Positions 48,031-62,342 of a stretch of 64,000 bases of DNA are shown one piece after another. Source of the stretch: Balanoglossus misakiensis (lineage: Eukaryota; Animalia; Hemichordata); contig CM082579.2 in the NCBI GenBank assembly GCA_040954595.2, positions 8,173,625 to 8,237,624 of the forward strand. The letters run 5' to 3'. Each line of letters opens with the position of its first letter. Position 1 is the stretch's first letter. Both the position numbers and the translations under genes were made by a program. The notes under the pieces are model-generated. The model saw nothing but the letters and a program-made list of their open reading frames with translations. It did no database searches and was not told the DNA's origin.

Positions 48031-50937
48031 GATTCAGTGTGGTACATGGAACTACTGCATTAACAGTTCGTCGGAATACCAGAGAAGTAACCAAAGTTAT
48101 GAATCCCAACTGTATAAAGGAAAGAACCACAAAAGTTGAGTAAACTTTGAGGCATCAATAGATATGAGGCAGTTTAAAAATAACTCATTTTGTCACAGAT
48201 TGAAGGTCATTGTCAACAGTTCAACTCCAAACAAACGTATTACATGTACATGTATAAAGGCAAGAAGAGCACTTGAACGTCAAACATTATTTTGCGAGTA
48301 GTGATTCGCAACAACTGCATGTCAGTGTTCAGTTTAGTATTCGTCGAGTAAACACGTCGCAACGGGCCGGTCTGGCGACCATTCGCGGCGATTTACTGTC
48401 GACACATAGCAGGAAGCTACATGCTGGCGATTATCATAGATCTTTGAGTTTTGACAGATCTATCCAAATCTGTCACCAGGAAGTCATTGGTATCGAAATC
48501 AGATGGCTTGGTTGAGGTCGGAGGAAAGCCGGCGGAAAAAAAAACTGTTACAGGCGCGAGGAATGACCCATGCATCTGAAATTATCGATCATCGTCCATA
48601 TCTATACGTATATATGAGGTCGCACGATTTCTAGAAATCTTACATGATTAGGGTACATCGCCAACTGCGTTCTTCACCTCCTTTGACCAATTATAGATTC
48701 ATGACCCCCTGTCAACAAACTCAAAGCTCATCCTGTGGTAAAAGCCGACACAGACTAAGCCGAAACATACCAGAATCTACACCTGTCGACCACTGCACTC
48801 AATAGGTATCTGCGGCGACGGTTGTGAATGTTCTTGGGGGGCAAGGCGGGCGGTCAGGTTCACAAAAGACGTCACTCGCCTCATGCATGCAGCAGTTCTT
48901 CCGCCCAATATCGATTACCCACCAAACGTACCTTGGACCCACACACTCTCGCACAAGTTTGTATTTTACATGTAGTAAATGTGGCGTTTTACGTTAGTCA
49001 GGTAAACACAAATCAATTGCCCATTTGCATGAAACCTGTATGACGTTACATCCTGGTATTTTATGGTGGTATGTTGTAGTCGGAATTCATCATTATGGCG
49101 GGACAGAAATTGGAAGTTTTGCTTGAAAGTGGGCCAGGCCTGCAGCGGCAATTCGGTACAGAATTCAAATAACACAGCTGCAGTTGAGTGTTTAATCAAA
49201 GTGATGGATTCGTACCAACTTGACGAGAATACCAGCCTGAGGATGCTAGGTCGTTTAGAGGTCATGACAATGGCTAACCAGGATGAAAACAATATTTTCA
49301 CTGCCGAGTATAACATCAATGGTTAAAACGCCGTTTTTTTTAATATGCACGGTAGTTTTAATTATTCAAGCATTTTATTAAAGTAGATGTCTCAGAGAGC
49401 AGCTGTGCGTACGACCGATCAGGGTCACACGGTTCCAAAAACATTAATCCGACTTAAATTCCAAAATCATCTTGAAAGGAATTCCCCACTGCATTATAAA
49501 CGTCGCTCTGACGCCTGGGAATTCTATGTCGTTATATCAGGGATGCGGCGTGTTAATGACTCGCAGCGGAATTCACTACACCTGCGATGAACATGGACTT
49601 ACACATTTGATTAGTCCGGTTGCACGGCGGGCGACCCACTGAAATGCCTTTAACCCACGTCCTATAGTGAAACAGTTAATTCTGCGAACGGCCCCATATC
49701 GAAGAAATATGAGCAGGTTGTTAATGCGAGTTAACATATTGAGATTGGAGGGAGGATCAGACATTTAAGGGTTTCTTTATATTTCAAGTGCATGTTCAAG
49801 ACGTTAAATGAGAACTTACAGTTTGTGAATGTATAACGATAATTTCTTTGGTTATAATACAACAGTATCAGAGTTTATCCGATCTATAGGAACGATTTTC
49901 TCCAGGAATTAGGATTTGTCCATTCACGGCGAGGCGTTAGTGCATGATGACAGTATTCTCGATCGTGCGTCTAAGCTTGGCCTGGCGATTAGCAGACCTC
50001 GTACCTCGGCCGTTTCCTTGAAAACCGCGCCAAAATTCATCATCTCTGGCAAATCTCTTTCCTGTGACGTATCACCTTGCCTCGCTCTGCATCACCGCAT
50101 CTTGGGTACGGGAGAAATGGCTAGTCACACACGTGTTTAGTGTTTTTATGTGAATGTTAACCTGCCTGACCCCGTCTTGGCGATCAGAGTCTGACATCCA
50201 TATTCCGCATTAAGCGAGCGGGGAGATACTAAATTTAGAATTCCTCCCGCCGCGCGCTGATTAGCCGCGCATTTAAGAGACTGTGCAGGTTAATTGAATC
50301 GTTTCGTTATCAGGCAACTGAATCGAGGCCCGCATGTTTCTTAACAATCGGAACAAATTGCCCGGGTTTCCGAGCTCAACTCCAGCCAGACGTTCGCATT
50401 GAAATTCAGAGCCCTCTGCCATCCCCGCCATGTCTGCATCGGACTCTCGGGCGACTGACTGATTTATTGCGCCGGCTAACACCTTTCTTCTGGCCGTCGG
50501 CTCCTAAGACTTTCAATTTAGGAAAATACACTTAAGACGATTAAGAAATCCAGACCTCTTGTCTTATCGATTTTTTTCCCAGTGATTCTGTCACGGCGAG
50601 AAGGGTGACGTGAAATAATGATGGATTGCCGGAGTTTTAACTGAAGGGCATCGATTGGATTCCTCATTTATTAAATCGAATGTAAATACTGATGAGTAGA
50701 AGGACTTGGAAGTCAAACAGATTTCGCAGCCACGTCGGGCAGCAACGCCATACAATTGAAGCCATGAGAGGATTTTTTATGAATTCAATATTTATTTTGA
50801 AACTTGAAGCTATATATGCATCTCATCGACCCAAAACCTCACCGAAGATTAACATTATAGTTCGGGAAACCAATTATCAATGAATTGTCGAATCGGTTGT
50901 TGAGTGAGTGATTGAGTGAGTGAGAGGGTTGTAGCTG

Positions 50938-50952
50938 TAGATAGATAGATAT

Positions 50953-51038
<86 letters not shown>

Positions 51039-51142
51039 CGATGATGGATGAATGAATGAATGAATGAATGAATGAATGAATGAATGAATGAATGAATGAA
51101 TGAGTGAGTGAGTGAATGAATGAATGAATGAATGAATGAGTG
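50938..51142. repeat. Compound microsatellite (GATA)n followed by (GAAT)n/(GAGT)n
   Basis: Directly visible; about 100 bp of each unit type. Confidence 0.97.
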
Positions 51143-52492
51143 AGGGGTATTTTGCTAACCTTTCCTTGTTGGAATCATCATGCAGAAAATCAACCAAAAT
51201 ATTAAAAAGAAGTAGTCTCAAAGAGTAAAGTCAGTAGATTGCGATTTATACAGCTGGTATTCTACAGACTAAAATTGAAATGAGTCTGTCGCTTTATTCA
51301 CGGCCGACAATATCAATCTGTCACAATTTTGAATTCAGCGCTAATTAAATTTGTGATAATTGACGCGTGAGTTTGATTAAAAATCTTCGAGACCGTGGCG
51401 TGTGAGCTCCCGGATGTTGGGGGTTGAAAGCCTTTTTCTTAGTTCACTGGCCACAGACTGACACAGACTGCAGATTAAGACTCGGGGTGACGGAGGAGCC
51501 TCAGCGCTCCCACGCAAAGCCAATAAAAACGCGGGCGATAAAACGCATTTCTCGCAAACAAGAAAAATCAGAACAGGTTGACAAATGAAATCGCTGTCAC
51601 GACCCTCCATGACGGATTAGGGAGATGAAAATTGTTGTACACTGAGTGAGTTTTCAGACAAAATAGGCGAAGTATGAAAGATGAGACAGTCAGCTATTTT
51701 GAGATTATGAATTAGATATACATTTTTGAAGAGCATATCTCAATGCGAAACTGGCCGCAACAGCCAATCAGTTGCCGCCATCAAATATTATTTTGACGTG
51801 ACCTTTAACCCCTGCGAATTATTTTGGCGATTCCAGTCATGCGTTGTGTGATATCTCTGGTCGTGTCTTTTTTACCTTAATTGAGCGTCTCCATGGGCCA
51901 TGTTAATATATACATTTAGCTGCCAACTGTGTGTGTATTCAGTTAATCGCGTGGCTGTAGTCACGAGCACGGCTCTTATTGCGCATGCACATCACATCCA
52001 GGTAATCTACGATCTGTCGCGGCAGCAGAAGTCGAAATCCCTCCCTATACGCTCGCTTTCGCGCGGTGCCGGAACTCGGCGGGAAAAGAATCCGCCCGGA
52101 AGACAGAGCAATAACATCGCGGAGTTTTGGGGATAAAATACTGTTTTTGTAGACTAGACAGGTAGCAGGGTCATCGACACCGAAAATCAGTCTGTACCTT
52201 GGATTTTATGACGCAGTAAATCCCGGGAGTAATTTCAACCGATTTCCACAATTGCCACACCGAGCAGAATTCGAATTCAACTGTCGACGGCAGTTTTATT
52301 TACCACCGGTACGACGCCAAATCAACGCGGGTTGAATGTGACGAGTGCGTTCGTCTTCAGTTGTGATGGTCTGATTCCTAGCCGGTGCAGCGATCCAATA
52401 TTATTCGCGATATCGCCCAAAACCGTCAGGCAATAAGTTTTCGTCTCGGCTGCACGCGATTCTGCCGGACGGCTCTCCCGCCAAACTTCTCG

Positions 52493-55400
52493 ATGACGTC
52501 ACTTTGGAGCCTGTTCGCATTTTCGCTTTATGCCCTCCTCCCGGAGTCAGTCGATGCCGGCGGAATCTGGATATCGGCCAAGGGGTGCGGGGTCAAGAAG
52601 GGGTGCGTGTTTTGGCCCCCAGGCTGTCGGGAGCTGGGATGCGAAATCCTGTTCACGTTCGAAGAGGCAATCACGAAAGATGTGATTCATTTCGAGTTGC
52701 AGTCAAAATCAACTGGATGGGTAGCGGTGGGGTTTTCCTATGATATGCATATGGTAAGTTATATCCACGTATTTTTCATGTTTGAATATATGAGGTGAAG
52801 TTTAATATCTTTCCGCTAGTAATAATACTATCAGGCAATGTTTTAATGTTATGAAAATATGAAGTCTGTTCACGAGAATCTTACCATTAAATGAGACTTA
52901 GACACACCCTTTTAACCAGACATGTATGCGGGCATAATTTATGAGCTAGAACCGATTGCAATATTTTAACAAATATATTCTACTCCCCCGATATTTTGAA
53001 ACGTCGCCATAACCTGTACATATACGTGTATATACTAGTATTCCGCAGTCAGAAAGACACATGCAAAGAAGGTCAGATCTCATACGTGTGGACTCACTCA
53101 TATGGAACCTCTAAGATTCCCCAAAACACATGATGCGCTGCTCATGGCTAAATGATGTCGGGTTTCATTCACATTCGATAGTATTGTCCGTGTTGGTTTT
53201 GCATTATTCACAAAACTTATGTGTCGAACGTGATCGAGGGGTTTGCATGCGTTTTTTTCAATGGAGGCCGTTTTACATGAACAAGCGCGATGAAGGCACT
53301 ACATGCGTATCACGGCGATATCCGTGTCTTAAGCAGGCATTTAAGAAAGCACATCCGGCGGTGACCACTCGACTCAAATATTAACAGCAAAAGTATGCAT
53401 TGCGGGTGTTAAGTGCACGTATCGATTGCGAATTAGAGAAATAACGACGAAATCCGAGGGAATCATTGGCATTTCGTGAGTGTTATTAGCAATACGGTCA
53501 GAGAACAGCTGTATATACACATACCTGTACTACTTGCATGGTAAATGCAAGTCAATGTTATATCAGGCGCGTGTACATACGGTAACTTACTGCTATGGTT
53601 ATCGGTTCGCCTTTGCTGAATTCGACTTACGAGAAAACAAACCATGTAAATTTCAAAAATCGTTCTGCCCTAAACTCTCATCTGGGGGTCTCGGGAAACT
53701 GTCTTCATTTCCGGTGAGACATTAAAGCTCTTACTATTAAGTCCATTTTAGACCCAGTTTCAACATTTTTGTTTTGAGTTAGACTGACCCAGTATAGTCG
53801 TTTGGCTTTTATCCTTTATAAAGATTCTTAACTGATTCAGTTTTTCGCCGTCTCGTAATTTTGCTCTTTCCAGCTGACAAGCCGGTACAGCTGTTAGAAC
53901 CGCAGCTAAATCTTCGTTCGACAGCTTCAGATCGGTTATTAACGATCCATCACTCCCCGCGCGATCGGCATTCAGCGCCTCGGTCTACACTGATTCCTCG
54001 GGGCTCCAGTGCAGATGAAGTATCATGCCCCGAATCAACAAAATCTCGCCGATATCATTTTCACCGTTGCCAGCTGAGGCAACAACGGCGTTGAGCCGAC
54101 AGTAATGGCCCGTTTATTATTTATCTCGAGATATACATAAAATATCAGGCTGGGGAATCGTTCACCGGCGCAGAATAGTCCTAAATGACATCTTATATAA
54201 ACTCAAATCAATCACAACCGAAGGCTGAAGATCTGATGGCAGTTGCTGAAATACATACCAGCCTTTCGAGACACACTTTGCAGTTTTGCACTTCACGAGA
54301 AATGACAAGAGCTATTTGCGCTCAGTGTATATGCACTCAGAGGTGATGTGTGGGAGATGAAGTTCGAACAGCTCTCCAAGCAAGACATCCGCATTCATTC
54401 TGTCATTGGAAAAGAACCGGTGTTGTTCGATTCGTTCACAGGAGATAAATAAAACTGGCTTCAGTAAAACAAACATGTTTTTAATAGTAGAATTAAAGAG
54501 AACACACTTAACAAATAGCGCTTCCCACACAAAATTGTATACAGCTACCGTGTGTATAATACAGCGCTGTGTCACAAAGTGAGATCCCCACCACCACCAC
54601 CACCACCACCAGATCACTATGCAGTGGCGATACTCCAGTTTACAGAAGGAAATCTTTTCAAATCTCATTATCTCATTTTCTTCGCAAAGCACGACGTGTC
54701 TAATTTTAATCAATATAAATCCTGACCCGCTAACCACTGAATTATGTAAATCGTTACATAACCCGACATTTCTTTTTTTCGAATTCAAAATTATGTTTCA
54801 TTGCCGACTCAAGGCCCGCCGACAACAAATTGCATCCGCGCAATTTGCTGCTCAGCAAGATGGGATGAAAAGTGCGCACTGTGTTGAAAATTTCGTAAAA
54901 TATTCATGCAATGCAATTTTATCTTATTTTCAATTAATTGATTTCGAGTTATCGTTCCGCACTTAATAAGTACTCTGTGTGTGATTGCATTAGCTGCTGT
55001 ACACTAGAATTCTGTCTTGTCCCTCGTACTGCGAATATTACAACCCCTCATCCCGTAACGCGCGGGGGGGGGGGGGGGTATCACGCATTGCGCTCCGATG
55101 TATGTGTGTGGATGTCTTAGGAAACATTTTCTGACGCCTTGTTACGTTTCCCCCCGAAGGGTCATGACGACGTGTATTCCTGTGTCAACGTGAACGAAAC
55201 GGTGCATCTGAGAAGGTCATACAACCAACAACACAGAAACCACAGGCAAACGTTGGTAAGATAAATCTCGCTAGCAATTTAAAGCTGGTGAGGGTATCAT
55301 TACTACTAACAGACTGCATGATTGTATAGCCCTAGTTTTAGTTGCACAGTCGAGCTTGTGCGCGGTGTCCCCAACTTGAACTTGATCCCGATTTTCCAGG

Positions 55401-56967
55401 GACATTTCATGCAAATGAGTAGAACACCTACAACATCTGAATGTATGTTGTCAAAGAATTCGTGCCCTTTTGGCCAGTTTACAACCTTAGTAGACCATAT
55501 TCCGAACTCCGCGAGATCTCGCGTGTCAAGGCAGTTTGTAGGGGAGGGCATTCTCGTGAGCCACACAGGCCAGACAGCGTATGGCCCATCGTGTTAAAGG
55601 GCACGAAAGTTAGAGAAACCCGTTGCTAGGGTGATTAACCGAGATCTCGCAGTGACCGGCCGGAAAATCAGCCATTCTATGTATATACGTCTACACCTTG
55701 ACGTTTTCATTTTGTCCTTCTCAAGTACGGCGTGACTCACCAGGAAGGTTTCTACGCCGATGGTTTTATATCCTGTCGATTTACTCGAACTAAGGCGGTC
55801 CAACAACTCGACGTGAATATGTTTGGTTTCTACCAGTCGTGGTATCTGTTGTTACCGCATGGACCAGTAGACATCCAAACAGGTGAGGGCGTTATCTCGC
55901 AAACATCGATGGCGCAGTCCAAATTTTCTGTTCACGGGGGTCTTCCCAGAGAAAATCTATCACGCACATATACAGTACGTTCTAAAGCATTGTTACTGTC
56001 CCGAAATTTAAAGACTTTGAAGAATGAAGATAATCATGTCCAAATGTGGAAAAAAAACGTTATTACACCAGATTTTTTCGAAAGTGTGATATCTTATTAT
56101 AATACATGTACATCTTTATGATTTCATTATTGTTTTGAACGATGATCACTCGCCTAAACTTCTTCTTATCTTTACCAATTGTACTGACAGTTCAATCATC
56201 CTATTTTTGAGAAAACTACAAAATTGTTTAAAAACTTTCGTACGAATGGAGTTTTGTAGTCGTCGGTGGTGGCGATGTCAATGTGTCACTGATAACATAC
56301 ACCACGTTTACGTGCACAGCGAACGTGTGGTTCGAAGGGAATAGCTTATCATGGACGGTATACATGTAGGCTATATGCTTCCACATCGTCTTGAATGCCC
56401 ATGTCGTAGATTAGAGAGAGAGAGGAAAACATCTAAAACTACATTCCCCACACAAATTCCCGTTCACTTCAGGTAGAATGAAGCCTCACATAGGTATGCC
56501 CGTCGTATCTTCTCAAAAGATTCTCCTGTCGTCCACCCAGCATAAGATTTTCAACGTAGAGATAGCGCACGACGCCCAGCATTCCTATCTCAACAAACGT
56601 CCCGGCGCCTCTGATTCCCGCCACCCGGGGAACAGAACGATCACAGGTAAGCGTACCGCGTGCTGTCTTCTAGTCGTGTAGACAGTCTTAGATTATAATC
56701 ATTCGATGAAAGATTTTGAGGGCGGTACCTCTAACTCAAGGGAGTCCTGGACAGTGGATGAAAATGCCCGAATGCACACTGAATGCAAATTGCACATACA
56801 TGTACACACCTTGGTACACACATACATTCCTCCGGTCCACTCATTCCATAATAAGCAGAAGCTCCCTTACAAAACCCTATTAAAATTTCCTCTGTTCGTT
56901 TTCAGGGCTTGCTATCTTATGCATAGGCTGTATTCTGTCCGTGACCTTCCCCGCTATCATCGGGTAG
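52493..56967 (+). CDS. DOMON-domain protein 2 (FRRS1/FRRS1L-like; signal peptide + single DOMON + hydrophobic tail), 249 aa
   Basis: Exons 52493-52753, 55160-55255, 55726-55882, 56473-56646 and 56906-56967 (750 nt, same phases as DOMON-1). Motifs GCGVKKGCVFWPPGC, TGWVAVGFSYDMHMGHDDVYSC, DGFISCRFTR, WYLLLPHGP, GRMKPHIGMPVVS; tail GLAILCIGCILSVTFPAIIG*. Confidence 0.88.
54588..54611. repeat. (CCA)n trinucleotide repeat
   Basis: Directly visible, in DOMON-2 intron 1. Confidence 0.85.
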
Positions 56968-59900
56968 ATCCTCAGGTGAACTTGCCCTCCGCGCGGGTGA
57001 GACAGTCCCTCCAGGATCACGACATCGAAGACAAGCAATAACCTCAGCCCACCTCGTAGTAGTGATTTTGTTCAGTCTGAAACTTGGATTTGTGTGCAAC
57101 GGGTAGAATTACAGTCGGTTCATTATCGGGTTCCCATTATGCTGATATCACTGCTTGCCCGTTTGTCGTTTATTTTTGTACCCTTACTGGTAATACGAGT
57201 GGAGATCTCCGTGTTTTCCGTTTAACTGTACTAGCCTCTTGGCCTAGATATAGACCCACGCACCGCTTTCACCGAGCACGCCATGGAAAAGCTTATTGTA
57301 CACAGAGCAACCAAACCCCGTGACCTGGACGTGCCCTTTCAGCGCACTAAACACAAAGCTGTAGACTGATCCCATTTTATTTTTGCTGATCACGGGCGGA
57401 CTGATCGCAAAAGCGACTGGTAGTGTCTTTTGTGTCATTATTCTCCGGTGATCTATGTTGGAATGATTTTTCTCAGACTTGACCAGGATGAAAACAAACA
57501 CGGCCATTTGCAGTCTTGACCAATCCAACGCAGTCGCATCGTCATGAATTTGAGGAGTAAAATTGGCCCAGTAAAAGGGACACAAGTCGATCAAGAAGGA
57601 TGTGGGATGTTAGTGTTTAAAAGTGCAACCTTCACACTCAGACTGGATACGTGTCGAAGTGTTATCATCCTTCTTCCAGGCTGAAATAATAGTCATTTAT
57701 TTGAAATGGAAATGCGCGTATCTCCTAATCAATGGAAACCGTGTGTAATCAAATATCTGAAAAAAATGTGATATTTCCGAATCGTAGAGCATCATGTATA
57801 AATACCGGGAACGGGGGGACTACTTCCAGTTACAGACAAAACGTCACACGCCACTGGAGTATGTGCTGGGATCTATAACTGGCGTCTCACGTTTCTTTAG
57901 ATCACATGATGATGACACTATGCATGACGTCATGTCATGTCACGGGATGGTTTGGTGATCGCAACACGCCAATCATTTATATTTGAACAGGCCTGTCTGG
58001 TCAGAGAGTGTTACCTTGCCAGGTTGTCTATGTGGTGACCGGTTGAGAGTATGAATTTAGGTGATGATTGTGACATTTCGTTCCATCGCCGACATTCAGC
58101 ATGCACTGTATGTGTTTATTGCAGTTCTAATGCAAAAGGCAAATAAAGAATACTAGTATGTACAAATCATAACGAATATAGTGAGCATTGTGACATTTGA
58201 GATTTTAGGAGAATGAAATGAATGCATGTTCATTATTAAATCCGACCTTTAGGACATCTTAGGTACAACAGCAGACTAAATATTGCATGGTGTCAAACTC
58301 TTTCCGAAGTCTTAAAGAACAGCGTCTGTTGCACAATACAATTCGCTTGCTGTACAAGAACACGATATTTGTCTCTCTTCCCGTGGAATTCACTGAGAAT
58401 TGGTAGAGACCCCAATTCTAATGTTGCCATTTTCATAAAACTTTGCATATAATTAATTATATCTCGGTAAAAAAAATGAAATTCCTCTGGTCACCTTGCT
58501 TGATTGGAAGAATATAAAACAAGTGAAACCCATTGCGTTCGACCTCGACCGAAGCCTTCCCTCCCCTCAACCCTAAAACGGGTCGAAGGATTTACGCTTT
58601 GACCCCCACACGTTCCATATCGGTACCAGTTCTGATTGATGGTACGCTGTATGTATATTAATATATTGTTGTGGGATATGTACTGTTTGCGTACCCATCG
58701 CCGAAACAGACGACCGCTTTTCACCCTGAGGTGAGGCCATTCAGCGCGGTCCGTCTGCGGTACTGCCTGGCACGGCGCTCGCCGGGACACAATAGCGAAG
58801 ATGGAATGTAGTCCGTGAAGGTCAGAACGGGTCAGCGATACCTACATTACGTATAACTCGTGTGCCAATAACATTGTTTTCATAATTACTGTCACCTTCG
58901 CGTTTAAAGATGGGCGTCTGAAGCACTGCATTTCGAATTAAGAACGGGATTGCTGACTTGGAAATACAAATATGAAGTGGCAAACATTGCACATGGTACA
59001 CGTTTGTTAAAGAGACCCTGTCTGTAACTTTTGATGATTATTTCACTATTTTTGTTCTATTCAACAACTACTGTTTCTTGTTCTACTCACTACAACACGC
59101 CTAGGTGCCAAGTATTGAGATTCTAAACAAAGTATGTAGGCATGTAAAGTGCCAGGTCATTGTTGATATTCGAAATAAAGTCCGGACTAAAATGCAGTTG
59201 TCAACAATAAAACATACATGTATTGACTGTGGCGATAAGCTAAATACTTGGGCATATCAACATGATGTGGGGAGTAGAACAAGAAACTGTAGGAGACACA
59301 CAGAACACAAATACTGAAAATATTATCAAAAATTACAGGTACTCCGCCTTTAAAAACGACTATCGAGACATACCATCTAAAGAAATTCCAAACATATAGA
59401 ATTCCCAGGACAAACATTTCTGTGCTCCAGTAAAAAATTGTACCAGTCACAAATTTCCGTGGGCGCTGTGACTTTGTTAGTTGGCATAATAATTTAATCA
59501 CATCATAGTATTGCACAGCAAATAAAGAGCAATAAATATACATGTACACATCACGAGGTTGTCAGCCAACCACATTTACGTTTAACAAGTCAAATTTATC
59601 TCATGACAGTTGACCAAATTTGGCCATCCTGCTGTCAATAGCATAATTTCCTTTGTTCAGGAGGACGCTTTCTCCCCTAACAAGCTGCCGTGATTATTAT
59701 TGAAACTCAATGGCGTATTGTGTCTGAGAATCAACAGTGGCACCCCCGGTAGGTGAAAGGACACTGGTGCTGGATGTACTCCGTTACTTAGCAGTCATCT
59801 GTGATAAGAACATAGGCCGTCTGTCCTCTCGCTTCAGGTAAGCAAAATGCGTTACAGAAATTCTTGTTGGTGACTGGGCGGTTGGCAGCCCGTCGTTAAA

Positions 59901-60335
59901 CTGTCTGACGGCTGAAACCGGCTGTAGGCTTTTCTTTACTCAACAAACTTCAACGGCCTGGTAAATTAGTGTATAATGGCATGGGGCTACGCCTGTCTGC
60001 CATTGCTGAGAAATTGGTTTGGATACGGTCACGGAACGGTCACGTTCATAAGCGTCTTTCATATACGCGGTCGTACGTACAAGCAATGAGTCGACACTAT
60101 CTTCTGTCTCTGTAAAAATTTGAGTTGATAGGTTTTCGAATCTGGATCCGTCACGCGTATCTAAACAAATGCGAAGCCGGTCTACGTCTGAAGCAAACTC
60201 TTGGGCGTGACCGTCGAAGCCATGGCCATATTGCATGTACGCGATCATATCGTCTGACACAGTAAACACACTCCAGAGTACACTCAAACGGTTCCTTTGT
60301 CATAATATTCATGTTAAATATTTAAAGTTTCACCC

Positions 60336-60418
60336 TTAACGCTTTCACCTCGACTACCCTCATTAGAGGATCAACTTTACCGTAGATTTGGGCCAAACCA
60401 TAATGGTGAAAGGGTTAA
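60336..60418. mobile_element. piggyBac-like MITE
   Basis: TTAA|CGCTTTCACC ... GGTGAAAGGG|TTAA with intact TTAA on both sides. Same family as 27597-27689. Confidence 0.75.
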
Positions 60419-62302
60419 CGTTGCCTTGCTCGTACTCGACAGACCCGAGCTCGTCTTACGGTGAATCTCCATCGCCAAGGCAAACTAATAGAAGAAACGC
60501 CCATGGATCTACTTTGCTAACAAAAGACTTTCTTTGCGAACATGTTCGGATATGCGAGCGAGTCCAGTGAAATTCAATTCAATCGGACTCGCCCGTGCCC
60601 TTTGCCATGTCAACCAATGGCGATGACGCGCTCTTTTCGTCTGCTCGGTCTCCGCTTATCCCTTTAAGTTTTCAGAAACTGACCTCCGGTGACATCTCCT
60701 GCTCTTTAATGTAATTTCAGCCTGTGTGCATATACGTGATGCGGCAGGATACAGATTGCGCACGCGCATGATTAGTGCGGGCTGTCCTTCGCTGTCCTTG
60801 ACAATTTATGTAGTACAAGCTTATGAACGGCAAAAGAATGCTAGCTAGTGTTGTAGCTGTTATTGTCTGCTCGAGTAAAATATTGGCAATAACGTTGTTG
60901 ATTTGAGAGGGCAAACTGGATTAGAATGGCCCTTGTACATCATGGGTTGGAAGTATTTACGCTTAAAGGACCGACTCTCATGGAACTCTCGTTAGATAAA
61001 ATGTTTTCAGAAATCGCAAATAATTCTCTTTGCTTGGAGCTGGCATTGTTGAAATGAAGGGGTTGGTCAGGAGAGGACCTGTTACGTTTAATAGCTTGAA
61101 CTGAATAAGACCCTATACAGCGAGAACTTTATTAGTGGCGTAACTATAAACCTACTTGTATTTTACGGGTTTCGAACCCAGACCTACCGTATACCAACCA
61201 TCAAAGAAAGGTCGCTTTGTGTTCATGTGTGTTTGCATGGTGCGATAAAAAACAATTAAGTCTGGTTATTTCACTCAAGTGAAGTCAAGATAGACAAAGA
61301 CGAAACCTCATTGACATGAAGAAAACATAATGATATTCACAAAGTCGTGTTGAACCTAGAAATATGCGGATCGAACAGAAACACCCACTCACGCGTTTAC
61401 GCAAGCGGGCTGTTATATTTTATAATGCTATTCAATTGTATAATAATTTTTACATGTACATGTATGAAGTAATTTGATAAAAATAAATTTTCTCTCGGGG
61501 ATGTTATCAGTTATATACCTCATAAATATACGTTTTTTGTTCTGAAGCGATCGAAAGCTCCACACCCATATTTGCGTATGTACTGTGTACTGAATTGTCA
61601 AAAAATCTCAAACCATTCACAAAAAATAAAGACCATGTTTGGACAATGCACAAACCTCGGTATTCTTTGTTAGCTCAATAGAGGGGGGGGGGGGGTCGTT
61701 GACGACGATGGATTTACTTCGACCCGGGCCCCTTACCTGGGTCATGCCCGGTGGATTAAATACTTATTGTATAGTGCAATGCATCTAATACAAGAGTTTT
61801 GACATCGTCGTAAACTTATGTAAAACATGCGTCAACGTGTTCTGGTCCGCCAAAATAGTGACAAATATTTGACATTCCTTTTCCGGTCGTTTGCCCTGCT
61901 TTAGCATATACCGCCCATTATAGTGTCTAACACGACGTCTAATCCTTTTAATCAGAAATATATAGTTTTGACTTTCTAACAGGGTGGGTCGGAAACAGTA
62001 CGGGACTGCGCCATACCTCGCGGGAAAATATTATTGTACATATGTGGCAAAATCACAGACATGGTATTTTGCAAAACGTTTATGATCTTGTTGTCCTCAA
62101 AGCCCAGCATCTACCAGGTATGAAAGGTTAGACGTTTCTCTTTTCTGAGACGCTTTCTTGGAGAGATCATCTCAGGTGAATTGATATTCGCATTCTCCTA
62201 CAGTACGGTATGCTGGTATGCTGGTCACGGTACTAATGCTTAACCATGAGCGTCATTGCGCAAAATTTCTTGTTTTGGATTTTGGCGCCATATAAACTTT
62301 TG

Positions 62303-62337
<35 letters not shown>
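62303..62337. repeat. (GATT)n microsatellite
   Basis: Directly visible. Confidence 0.9.

Positions 62338-62342
<5 letters not shown>

Noticed and set aside
50877-51221. 114-aa ORF with IHSF/IYLS repeats
   Set aside because: Translation of the GATA/GAAT microsatellite.
40940-56967. Idea that DOMON-1 exons 1-2 are alternative 5' cassettes sharing the 3' exons of DOMON-2 (protocadherin/UGT1-like architecture)
   Set aside because: DOMON-1 has its own in-phase exons 3-5 (42814-42970, 43481-43657, 43893-43945), so the genes are independent.
61150-61200. Minus-strand GGGTTCGAAACCC B-box/T-arm (similar motif near 8380) as a tRNA gene
   Set aside because: No acceptor, D or anticodon stems can be folded; at most a decayed tRNA-SINE remnant.
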